60,000 nt of DNA, taken from positions 235,354,001-235,414,000 of the forward strand of contig CM097885.1 of the NCBI GenBank assembly GCA_044892525.1. The letters are read 5' to 3'. A program made the translations under genes and the position numbers. This stretch comes from Schmidtea polychroa (taxonomy: Eukaryota). The stretch's first letter is position 1. Each line of letters begins with the position of its first letter. The notes below the pieces were generated by a model. The model saw only the letters and a program-made list of their open reading frames with translations, ran no database searches and was not told where the DNA came from. Shown here one piece after another: positions 22,601-35,193 of the stretch.

Positions 22601-22683
22601 ACCTTGATGGCGCAGTGTGAATAGACTGGCACAGTGGTTCAAATGGATAGTGGTTCAAATCACATCTGAGGTTAGTTTTTTTT
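22601..22683 (+). ncRNA. tRNA-like Pol III small RNA candidate (tandem paralogue)
   Basis: A box TGGCGCAGTGT (22608), B box GGTTCAAATCA (22652), T8 at 22676; ~233-bp tandem duplicate of the previous unit. Confidence 0.5.
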
Positions 22684-22815
22684 CAACATAAAATAATATT
22701 AAAAATTTGAAAATAATAGTGTGGGTATCTTAGATTTATATTTTATTTTATTTATTTTTATTTTATTTTATTTTATTTATTTTATTTATTTTATTTATTT
22801 TATTTATTTATTATT

Positions 22816-23557
22816 TTATTTTTTAAACATAAATATGAAAAAAAAATATTGAAACGGGTGATGGTGGCGAACCGGTAATTATCGCCACCTGTCTTTCGAA
22901 CACCCCCGGATCGATCCCGGTAATGTGCACATTTATTTCTCAGTTGTTTTCGGACCTCTTTCGGATTCGCTTTCGAATTCATTTGTACTTTCGAGCAGCA
23001 CGCTTAAAACGCCGTTGAAATCGACTTCGTGAGCAAGAAGCGAATAATAAGGCGTGCTGCTATTATCGGATTGATTCTGATGTATGAGTCTGGCCAGCTT
23101 GTATATTAGAAGAGATTTGATAAACGAAAGAGGTTGAAATAAAAAAAAAATGATCCGGATCAAAAAAACTGTTGAGAGGACAGTGAAAAAAAAAAAAATA
23201 CCACTGTCCTCTCAGAGCAGTTTTACTATTTTCATAAAATTTTTTATTCTTCAAGACATCAAGATTAAGATTTCATTTATTTTTTTTAATTAGCCAATTA
23301 GCAACTTGCTAGTTGGCATCCTCAAGTAGCCTTCTAACTTTTTCATAATACCATTTTCTTTTCTATTCTCTTTATGTTTTTAGTTTGAAGCTTTTGAGTT
23401 TGAGGCTTTAAAGATTAAAACAGTTAGAGTCATTAAGGGTGGTTGTTTTCAAAATATAGGGTTAAAATACTATAAAAGTATAAGTTTTAGGTTGTTTTTC
23501 TAATAGCTTAAGTGATTTGGAGGCATGTTTTGTTGGGAGGGCTGTTTTGGTTGGGTA
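22816..23557. repeat. Polinton TIR of copy B, missing the terminal 15 bp
   Basis: Matches 12220-12962, then diverges (GGGTA|GTTTAAG versus GGGTA|TATAACCACACTACT). Confidence 0.88.
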
Positions 23558-24260
23558 GTTTAAGTAAATTTAGACATTTAAATTTAATTTATCAATATTT
23601 TTGGGATTGATTTTAAAAATCCTGTTTTTAAAGACATTATTTATTGTGATCAAGTAATTTCTTTTTTAGTTAGGATTTATTTATTTAACAGTTTTAAAAT
23701 AAGCCAAAACGAACTCTTATCTTATTTTTATCGTCTATATTCTAGAACAATATCACAATCATAAAAAACGCAAAAATTCAAATAATAAATGAAAAAACAA
23801 TTTAAAAATGTTAAAATTACAATAAAATAAAAGACTTAATAGCATTCAAAAATTGAGGGGGAAATGTTGTTGGAACATAAAATACAAATAAATTGAAAAT
23901 AAAAGAAAAAATATTTAAATTAAAAATTGAAATAAATAATTAGACTTCAGATAAAAACTATGTTTTAATAATATGAAAACGACTGAAAATAAATCAAAAT
24001 TTTTTAAAAATCATAAAGAAAATGATATTGAGACAAAATTGGAAATTAAATAAAATAAAATTTTAATAGTGATGATATTGTAGGAACAGGTCAATAACAC
24101 AACACGAAAACATAGAATTTGTAGAGTTACACTCAAGACTCTATAAAAACAAGAAGTAAGAAGAATGAGAAAACAAACACGGAAAATCATGAACATAAAA
24201 ATAATATTAAAATAATAACAAGAAAATAATACAAACATAACAAAAAAGAAATCATACATG

Positions 24261-24586
24261 CAGGCCCGGCGTGAGGCGGGTACGATGCGTGATTTTCACG
24301 CAGGCGCCACGGCGGAAAATACAAAAGGCGGCAAAATTGTACAGAAATTTGTTATTTTGCGATTAAAATTTTCTCGAATGAAAGCCAGAAAAGCTTTTTT
24401 TTTAAAATAGTTTGCTTATATATTAAGATTTTTATGTTTTTATAATAAATATGAATTAAATTAAAAGTAATAAAGTTATATTGTTTTGTTATGTATGCAT
24501 ATATCGTTTTTTTACTCTTATTATGGAATGCGAAGGCGGTAATATGCAATTTTCACACATCATCTGAAACTCTAGCGCCGGTGCTG
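24261..24586. mobile_element. Non-autonomous hAT-type MITE
   Basis: 8-bp TSD CATACATG (24253-24260 / 24587-24594); imperfect TIR CAGGCCCGGCG / CGCCGGTGCTG. Confidence 0.8.
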
Positions 24587-26237
24587 CATACATGAAGTCG
24601 TGAATAAAATAAATTCGAAATTTTAGGAACTAAATTATTAAAAATAGATTAGAAAATACATAAAAATATAATGCAAAAGAATTTTAAAAAATTAATAAAA
24701 ACTTCAAAATTCAACATGTAAACGCCAATAATAAAGATTAATTAAATTTAAAATGTTTAAAAATAAATAAAATAAAAATTAATAAAGAATAGGATCAAAA
24801 TTACGACAATAAATAAATTGATCTATTATATTTGAATTTGTTTTAATGCACAAACGCATGCGCACTCACTCATAAACGCAAAATCAGGTACGAATAATGA
24901 TGATATTTTCAATAATTTCAGTTCTATGGATATGATAAAATTTTAATTTGAACTTTAATGCATGATAATTTTTATCGAGAATCATCCGTGAGTAATTTTT
25001 ATGTTTTGCTGTGGTATTTTCTGCATTATTTTTGTCATATCTATGTCTTTTCTAAGCACTTTATTTTGAAACATTGATTGTTTGGACCCCAAGATAAAAT
25101 TACAAAATTTGTATATATATCTACTTCTTTTGAATAAAATTATCTCGACTCAAAATTATTTTTTGAAAATACAAAGATAAAAATCAACGACTTTAATAAA
25201 TTTTTTTTGTGGTTTGTTATTGTTTTATTTAAAACAAATAAATCAAGTTTAAAATTTGCTAAAGTTTTTGATACGCCGTCATACTAATATATACAACTCC
25301 TAAGCCAGTAAATTAATTCTTTAGTTTTTCAAATTTGACATCAGTTATTTTTACATTTGTAGCGGGTTCAATCATTATATTCCATCACCGGTATTTATCG
25401 ACCCATGGTACAATTTTTGTTTCATTAATGTAAATAATGATGCTAATAATTTAAATAAAATAATAATATGCCTATACAGACCATTGAAAATGTTGGGCTA
25501 GAACCGAGAATCGAGAGCTTGTTTTAATGAATCAAAAATACATAGTGTAAAAACCGCACCAAGTTAAATTAAAACACCAATCAATACAAATTAAAGTACA
25601 TAACACATTGATGATAAATAAGACCCGGGTGATAAAATAGAGGAACGAAAATAAAGGTCGCAATCACTAACACAATTAGGAGAAACATCACATTCGGAAT
25701 AGCTAACAACTAAGAAATAAAATAATAATAAATAAATTAATGGTTAATAAATTAATTAATAATATGAAAAATTTCTAAATAAATAAATTTAAAATTTAAA
25801 ATAAATTATCTAGTAAACTGGTAAAATAATAAAAAGTAGAATAAAAGTAGTAAAATTAGATAAACCATAAAATTTATAAAAACTAAATTGGTCAATGAAA
25901 ACTAAAAATAAAACCAACAAAATTATTTAAATTATAAAACTTATAAAACCAAATTGTTTAAATTAATGAAACTAAAGTAAAATTAACTGAACTTATTTAA
26001 ATTATAAAACTTGTAAAACTAAATTAAAATTAGCAAAAAACTATTTAAATTATAGAATTTATAAAAATAAATCTTAAAAATTAATAAAAATTAGAATTTT
26101 GATTAATTAAATTAATTAAATTAAAAAATAATAATTGCACACATTCATGCATGCATGCAAAAGTTAATCAGAATTGCCTCGCATTCTAATTGGATATAAC
26201 AGCAGAGAATGCGGAGGCGTATAATTCAATCAGTATA

Positions 26238-27137
26238 CACCAAACCCCACTGAGATACGTTCTCTATAGTGGTGGTTTGCGTGTAGAGCGATTGCTCACT
26301 CACCAATTTACTGATGTTGATGATAAATTGTTGTTTAGCAAAGTTGTCAGTAATTTGTTTTACGTATGTTTTACATCATGAAATTTATTTTAGCCATTTT
26401 AGAAATGGTTTTCAGGTAAGATATTAAATTTAAAGTAAATTTTAAGACTTGAATTTTGATCCATTTGGATATGAGATCATTATTCAAGTTCTTAAATATT
26501 ACTTTTAATCAACAATATAATTATAAATTATTTTTAATTAATTTTCAGGCATTTTTTTAGGAATTTTATGTCTTTTATTAAAGTATTTTGGAATTATTTC
26601 GAAAAAATGTGAGTCCGATATATTTTTAATTATAATTAATTAAATAAATCAATCAATCAATGTATTTTTTTAAAACATTTTGGGAAAAATCGCTGATTAG
26701 AATAATTTTTTTAATTTTTGTAATTTTTTTTCTGAGCTCAATATGAGGGGATTCTTAAAGGAAATCAAATCTGGAGTAAAAAGATTTTGAACCAAATTCA
26801 TCTGCTCTTGATATTTTCATTAAAAATATAATTTAAAAAATTTTCAACGATCTTTTTTTTCTAAAAATTGTCTAAAATAGAATTATTATAGAAACGTATC
26901 TCATCGTTACAACTTTACGAATCAAAAGTTTGTATGTGTTTTTTATTATGGTTTGTGCTTGTGTGCATATTTTAATTTTCCTTCCACTTTTCAGATTTCT
27001 ATAATATAAGAAGTATCTCATTGAGCTATAAATGAGAACATCAACGTGAAATCAAAGTAAGTATGTATGTTTCTATAATGTAAAATTATTGATTTTTTTG
27101 TTATATTATAGGAAATGCATCTCAGTGGTGTTTGGTG
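26238..27137. mobile_element. TA-flanked MITE-like element
   Basis: TIRs CACCAAACCCCACTGAGAT / ATCTCAGTGGTGTTTGGTG with TA on both sides; second diverged copy at 53139-53985. Confidence 0.7.
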
Positions 27138-29928
27138 TAAATACTGAGTGAAATTTCATTTTAGAAAACTCTCACGCTCAACTGGTTATACAACAATTCA
27201 TTTACTGGCAATGAACATATGCTCTCAATTTTCGATTCCATGCCATCGCGGTGAGGTAAATTTGATTTTTGTTTTGTGTAATATAATTTTGTTAGGTCTA
27301 ATGTTATTTTAAATGGAAGTTAATTTTAGTTAATGTTATTTAGTTAATTTATTTTGTTATTTAACTAATGTTATTTTAAATTAAAGTTAATTTTAGTTAA
27401 TGTTATTTAGTTGTTATTTAGCTAATGTTATTTTAAATTAAAGTTAATTTTAGTTAATGTTATTTAGTTAATTTATATTTTTATTTAGATAATGTTATTT
27501 TTAAATTGAAGTTAATTGTTAATATTGGTATGGTATTATTCATTTTGTTGTGGTTAAGTCTACTGTTATAGGAATTAATAAAATTTTTAACGGAATTTGT
27601 TTTTAATTACTTTTAATGTTTGGCGTATGTTAGTTTGTCCTTTTTGAATAATATTATAATTTAGGTTGGGTTTTTCTTGATATTTATGTGTCGATGGTCT
27701 GGGCGGGGGAAAGGTTTGTGGACGGGCGGCACTACGTGCTGTTAGTCGGCAGATGTTTCGCCAGTTGAGTCCATCGGAGTAGGGGATATAGATAGGGAGA
27801 TGAACGGTTAGAGGGGTAAAATCAATTTGCGATAATTTAGGGCCCTATTTAGAGTTAGAAAGTATAGGACTTTTATTTTCCTAGATATTATTGAGTTAGG
27901 AAAAATTTTAGGATAGTTATGAACTGCTTTCGGTAGAGGAAGTAGGTTTAGGCAATTTTATAGAAACCACGAATAGTTAAGATATTCGATAAGGTAGGAC
28001 TGAGAATACAGGCAGATCCCTGCTCAAATTTTTTGAAGAACAATTTAAATATTAAGGAAAGTGTGCGTTAACTTGTGAATAAGAGCCAATCCCTGCTCAA
28101 AATTTTTGAATGATAATTTGGATATTATAGGGAGTATATAACAATAATCATTAAATGGAAAATAAGGGCGGATCCCTGCGAAAAACTTTGTAAGAGAACA
28201 ATAGGAAATACCCGTAATTGAGGACCACAAATGACCTAAAACCAGCATACATAGTGAATAATGACGTAAGACCTTCTATCGGCCGTCTAGAACCCGAAGA
28301 GAAAATACAATGAGGAGTAGTTTTAGCAATAGAGCTCACCTGCTCATTGTTTTTTCGCCTTTGTGTACATTACCAACATGGTCGCCGCCATGGGTACACA
28401 AATGGTTTAAGGTGCAATAGTCATGGAGGTGCTTAGGAAAGAGTCGAGCGGATATCTAAATTACCCCTGACGTATTTAAAATACAAAATGACACACCCCT
28501 AAGTGACCAACAAAAATAATTTTTAAAGTTCGATCCTGATTTCTCTAAAATATGTTTTTAGGTACATGAAACTTATGATAATTCGTGAACATGTAATTTC
28601 ATCATCAAATAATGCATAAAATATTCCCTTGAATAAGTTTCTCTTTTATTCGGTTTAGGGATTACAATACCAGTGTTCGGTATACCGGTATTTGAGCTAA
28701 AATAGTAAAGTTATAATACCTTCATTCCGTTCAATACCGCCATTGACATATTGAAATTTTTTTTCTTTAAAATAATTTTCAATGAAAAAATATTTCGAAT
28801 GAATTTTTCAAAAAAAAAATTTCTTTAAATTTTGAACTAAAGCTTTATGTAAAAAATGCCTAATTGATTTAAAATTGATATTAATTGCAACCAATTAAAG
28901 TAGCAGTGGAAGCATTATGATGCGAAAATATAAACTTATACATGGCAGTTGTAACTCTTAATTTCATACTTAACGAGCTAAGCGTCCAAAACACAATTTT
29001 GAGTAATCTTGTTATTAAAATAAGAGAAACGTGCACTATATTCTGACATTTTAGAATATTTCTTTGATCGGAAGACCTCAGACGCTCAGGAAGATTACGG
29101 AATTTCTCGCAAGGCCATTCAAATTGTTAGACGTCTTACAAAAAGTGAATATACACTAGTAGTATGAAGTAAGGACTCCAACTCACTTTCAAGGTCATGG
29201 AATATCAAGATCAAATATAGACCAATCGAATCATTTATTTTTTAAATTAACATTTTATTTAATTACTTCTTTTTAATTTTATTAATTAATTATTTTATGA
29301 TGTTATATTTTAATTACTTACTTTAGTTAATTTTTAATTTATTACATTTAATTAATTTATTAGTTTATTAATTACTTACGCTTTTTAATTATTATTATTA
29401 TTATTATTATTATTTTTAATTTTATTTAATTACTTCTATTTTTTTTTCTCTTTAATTTTATTAGTTAATTATTTTATGATGTTATACTTTAATTACTTAT
29501 TTTAGTTAATTTTTAATTTATTACATTTAATTAATTAATTTGTTTATTAATACTTTATTTTAATTACCAACGTTATTTAATTATTATTTATTTTATTTAT
29601 TTATTTTTTAATTTTACATTATATTCTAACAAGAGCGTAAATTATAACAATAATATTTCAATTTGAATAAAATTTTAATTAGTAATTATTCAATTTGAAT
29701 AAAATTTTAATTGGTAATTATCATAAAATAAAGCTGTGTTAATTTAAATAAAATGGGCATTAATTTTTCAAAACAAAGCAAAGTTTTTCATGATAAATAA
29801 TAATTCTTACTTAAAACTAATTATCTAAATTAATTGGACAAATGAATTATTAAATGATAAAACATATTTTAATTAACGAAGTCAAATAATTCACAATATA
29901 TATTTTATTATTCACATAAATTTAATTG

Positions 29929-32821
29929 TTAAAGTTCTTGTTTCGATTTGCATTCATTTGTAGACGGAGCAGTTGCGATATGCATTTGACGAATCTTATA
30001 GTGACCGTAGGCATAGCTTTCATTAGAATTGAACCAATACCTTTTATCATCCAAACATTGGAGAGCTCGTTTTTCTGTAATGAAAGTATACAACTGATGA
30101 TTGACACTTCCTATTCTCTTTTGTTGGATGCTCACTGTTCCACCATCAGTATACACTTTTTTATAGGCTTCATGGGTGATATTAGAATTTGTAAGACTTA
30201 TTCCTTTGGCTTTTAGAGTGTTTTTATCTCCTTGGAGTGAGTAGCACTTGGGTCGAAGAAACACCCATTCTTTATATTGATTTCCTTTATTCTCATCCTT
30301 GAATTTCCCGATTACCGAACAAATTTTATCTGAGAACAATGGATCAGTCACCGGATAATTTGAAGTATCTAGGAGCCCATCGGCAATCATTTTTGGATAC
30401 AGTTGTAAGCGTAAATCAACATTTTTACACTCTAAAAAGAAGGAATCTGTGTCACCGGCTACGATATTAATTTGACAATTGAATTCTTCTCTATAACTCT
30501 GTAGTTCTTTATATTGAAACTGGTACATGCGAAGTTTAGATAAATCAAGTACGGTTTGTCCAATATACATTGGTCTATCTAAACACACCATTTCCTTATC
30601 AAGTATAACAGCAATGAGATCATCCGCAATCTTGATGCTACGACGAAACATAGGATTACTACAATAAGTTATCAATCTTTTGCTTTTGCTGCATAATCTC
30701 AAATTTATACGTTTCTTAAGGTTTTCCACGGTTTTACCGTATAAACTATTGTTCTTTAACTTATAATAATCTCGCTGAAATGAATCTGTACTAGCTGCTC
30801 TCATTTGAGTATTGTAATCAATATAGCGTTTGAAAATAGCTACTTGCTTGAATTCTACAGCACGATTAACTTTTGTGACTTTTGCGCCGTAACTCAACCA
30901 CTCTGTCAAAACTCTACCATTAACTACATAGTTTTTCTTAGGCTCATGAGTTAACAACAGCTTTTCAACTTTACTACCAGGTGGATAACAAAGCTCAGGA
31001 GCTATAGGTAAATCATCTAGCTTATCTTGTATACTATCAGGAATGACGATGTCAACCTCTAGAACATATCCACGATATCCATCAAACTCATCCCCATTTG
31101 CACATCTTTCAACAATACCATTCATTTCAGTCTGATCATTTATCCATCTAAATTCACCAATAGGAAGTTTTTGCGACAGCGCCCATCCATATAAATTATT
31201 AACATCTAGGTATGACATTTGTGTTGATTCATCAGCTTCAACATGATGTTTGTTGATAAATGTCATTCCACCACGAATACCAGCTTCAAATAAACGGTAA
31301 AGCTCTGGATCTTGAATAAGTTCTACCGGTTCAGGTAACTGTTTAATAGCTGATGCCCAACTTAATCCGGGTATGGAAACAAACGATAAAGCCTCAAGTC
31401 CATCTTCGTCAAATGTTTTTTCTCTGAAAGCTTCAAAAACATCGGCCAACACAAAAACATCCAACTTGAGATATACTAGCATGTAATCTAGCAGTGTCTC
31501 ACAGTTATATTGTCGCCAGATTTGATTTGCATGTATATAATCTTCTTGACTAACTCCCTCCCAAATCGATGGTAATTCTGTTATTGAATGTAAAACATCC
31601 ATTGACGTAGCAATATCATAAGGAAATATGCCTTTACCAGTTATTAGATGCGAATTGAAAATCTTTGAAGTAAGTGGAAGACGTGGCAAGTTTTTTGATA
31701 AATTTGCCAAGCTGCTATTTAAAAATTGTAAAGAATCAATGAATCTAATTCTTCTGCCTTTCGATGTCGCTGTAAGTGTGAGAAACTTTTCTGTTGATTG
31801 AGGAATAACAATTAAATTCCAATCTGGGAATTTTCCAATTGCATATTTTAATATATGATGAATGTCATATCCACGAAGATTATGAAATACAACAGGTAAA
31901 GACGGATTGATTCTTCTAGCCAAATTACAATCTTGACACGCTGCTCCGAGATATTGACCAGTAAAATGATCATGATCTCGAACAGGTATATTGATAATCT
32001 TTTTACAAAGGTAGCAATGAGTTTGAGTCGTGAATTCTTCCTGCTCTTCCCAAGTGAGTTCCATCATTTCCTTTGATCCATTAATTTTATACCACGGATA
32101 AACTATGTCTGTAGCTATATCATCCAATGCTTGTATGAACTGAATGATACAGTTTTTCCCAACAAATGTTTCATTTCGGATCGGACAACCTTGATGGAGA
32201 AGCACAAATTCAGATGCAATCGGCTCATGTTTTTGGAAGTGTTTGTCATCTAGGGGTAATATCGATTCAAAGTCCGCGTAGACAACAAACTGCTGTTTTA
32301 TAGTTTTACTCCAATCTTTAAATTCGATATATTTATTCTCTGGCATTGAGTATAGAGTCGTACGCTCCACATTCTTCCTACAAAGACCTATATGTCTTTC
32401 AAAAGCATGACGTTTTTGAAACCCATGAAGACACGTATGACACCAATGTGATTGGATTCTGACTCCTTCTACTCTATCTCTGTAATTCAGCAGTCGATCG
32501 AGATTAGTTACAGCCAAAAAATGATAATTTAATTCTAAATTTAGTTAATATTTTTAATGATTAAAGGAAATATTACCTTCTTCAATCAATAGGAGATATA
32601 TCTGAGATCCCGTCGAAGTACTTCTATATACCAAGTCAATGAACGGATTCTTGAAAATATCATTAGTTTTTTGTTTAATTGGATCTTTATTATATTTGAG
32701 AACATTGATCGCTAGATTTGGATTAATTGCTTCAAATTGGCAAATGTTAACCAACTTCATCGGAAACCATTCAAATTTCCATTTTAAGTCTTAAAAACAA
32801 AATTCAATGATTTATGACATT

Positions 32822-32858
<37 letters not shown>

Positions 32859-33928
32859 CCACTTAAGTTATATTTTGTTGTTCTTTCTCTATTCCGACGT
32901 ATATCATCATAACGTAACACAGCTAGTATGCTATATAAAAAACAGAATTGATCATTGTTTTGAACATTAACTAAAGCCTGACAGTTTTTCAGGTAATTTG
33001 GCGTTTTAATGTAACTTGAACCTAAGTAATCTCTTGATTTATATATATAATAATGTAAATAATCTTACCAGATACATGTATTATGTCTGATAATTTAGTT
33101 AAAATCATAGTAACTTCTAATATTTTATGAATTCTCCACCCACTACTTTGTTGAGTGTATTTCTCCAACTTTTCTTTTAATTTTTCAATTCCATCATTAA
33201 TAAATGAAGATGACATTGTAATTGCTTTATTCGACAAACACCATTTTTTAATTTCACCATCCTCTTTGATAAACTCTGCACAAAGTCCAAATTGGATTTT
33301 TACTGTCCCCATTCGTTGAATATGATCTTCTATTTCTTTGATGAGACAATCTGGAACAACAATGTCAGGAGAATTAATTGCAGATACATCGCTTGTCAAT
33401 TCAACACGAGAACCGTTTAAGTCAGACTCCCGACGTGGACACAATTGTATGTTAGAGTCTCCATTTCCGTAAAATATTGACTTTCGTTTTGTGGTGCCAG
33501 AGTTTTGTCTAACTATATTTATAATTAATATTAAACAACTTAAATAACATAACTTGTAACATATTCTTTAATCTCCTTAGGATCGTATGATGTATTCATT
33601 TTCGATTGTACTATAAAAAATTAATAATTGTTAATAGTAGAAAGAGTATTACTTTTAGTGATCATCCTGCTCTTCGTTTCTTCGAATCTTCTAAGATGGT
33701 GTCCGTGTTGTCGTACAAACATTAACCACCTACCTGGTGTTATAATGAGACATTCCGGACATATGTAACCCGATAAGGTAGAGTCATTTATCTTGAAATA
33801 TGATGATGTAACTGATTTACAGTTCTCCACATCTTCATGACTTTCGGCAATACAAAATTTATATAAACTGCATCCGTTCACTAAAAAATAATCATTAATA
33901 TTAGATAGAGAATAAAAATTTATTCACT
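29929..33928 (-). CDS. polB: Spliced pPolB, predicted 1236 aa (left arm)
   Basis: Mirror of 37666-41659; predicted introns 33881-33927, 33611-33652, 33513-33553, 33022-33068, 32790-32859, 32535-32576. Confidence 0.87.
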
Positions 33929-33951
33929 TATATAAGTTAAATTAAAAGTTT

Positions 33952-34088
33952 AAATGACAAACATTTGAAAAGTTACTGCTTATATATTACACATGATTAA
34001 ATTCTGACCAATCAAAATCAAGGAAGGGGTAGGAAAAATAAATATATTCTGACCAATCAAAATCAAGGAAGGGGTAGGAAAAATAAAT
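33952..34088 (-). promoter_or_regulatory. Predicted Pol II promoter of the left-arm pPolB
   Basis: Mirror of 37506-37642. Confidence 0.55.
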
Positions 34089-34662
34089 GCATTACATTGC
34101 AGTATTTTAAAACTTAAATTTTAAAACACATTTTGACGCTAAAGTTGACTTATTTAACATTTTCATAATAATTTAATAAAAATAATGTGTTGAACTCACA
34201 AAGTAATATCATTTTTTCATCAAATTGCAAAACAGTAATAACGTTTTCATAAAATTGTAACAAAGTAATAACATATTTCAGATAAATTTTCAACAGTTGT
34301 AAAATATTTAAACAAATTGTAACAAGATTAGAAAATATTACAACAAAGTAGTAACATATTTCAGAAAATTTCAACAAAGTTGTAAAATATTTATCAAATT
34401 GTAACTAAAATAATAAAAATATTGCAACAAAGTAATAAAATAATGATGTTAATTGGGACAAATCAATACATTATTTCGAAGACGGACAACAAATTAAAAA
34501 AGAATATTGTAATAAATTGTGAAGTCTTTCAGTAAATTACAACAAAGTAATAACATATTTCGGAAATATTTCACCAGATGTAAAATATTTAAGCAAATTG
34601 TTATAAGATTATAAAAATATTGCAACAAAGTAATAAAATAATACAACATTTTAAACTCTAGA

Positions 34663-35075
34663 TCAATCCATTTTATAGAAAATTAAATTTTATCTCTATA
34701 ATATATGAATAAATATACAAGGAAATTACGTTAACGTATAATAAATACAAATTTATCGTAAAAACATGTGTGTATTACACACAAAACAAGATACATAATT
34801 TCTAATCAATCCATTTTATAGAAAATTAAATTTTATCTATATATTATATGAATAAAATCCTAAGAAAATTACGTTAACCGCGCGAAAAATACAAATTTAT
34901 CGTAAAAACATGTGTGTATTACACACAACATACGAGACATAATTTTTAATCAAGCTATTTTATAGAAAATTAAATTTTATCTATATATTAAATGAATAAA
35001 AATCCAAGAAAATAACGTTAAGCGCGCGAAAAAATACAAATGTATTGTAAAAACATGTGTGCATTACACACAAAG
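34663..35075. repeat. Three diverged ~144-bp tandem units
   Basis: TTTTATAGAAAATTAAATTTTATCT...AAAAACATGTGTGTATTACACACAA repeated from ~34663, ~34807 and ~34950; mirrored at ~36520-36931. Confidence 0.8.
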
Positions 35076-35193
35076 CACCAAACTGAAATTGTAATTGCGC
35101 CGTGTTGTAGAGAATTAAATTCTGCCTATACATTGTTACACTTAAATCTCGATCAGACCTGTGAAAAGAGACATAAAAGAGAAAGAACAGTAG

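Larger units (their letters stand above)
12978..23754 (-). mobile_element. Inverted, internally deleted Polinton copy B (lacks most of the ATPase, the integrase and the major capsid gene)
   Basis: 13449-21153 is the reverse complement of 1-7705. The copy is bounded by 320-bp inverted repeats (12978-13297 / 23435-23754) and has no AGTAGT/ACTACT terminus. Confidence 0.85.

Noticed and set aside
27660..28500. GC-richer stretch with repeated ATCCCTGC motifs, possible retroelement remnant
   Set aside because: I could not identify a paired LTR, TSD or coding motif.
28656..29157. Possible decayed hAT element as the target of element C (TAGGGATTACAATACC end)
   Set aside because: I found no matching other end, TSD or convincing transposase motif.
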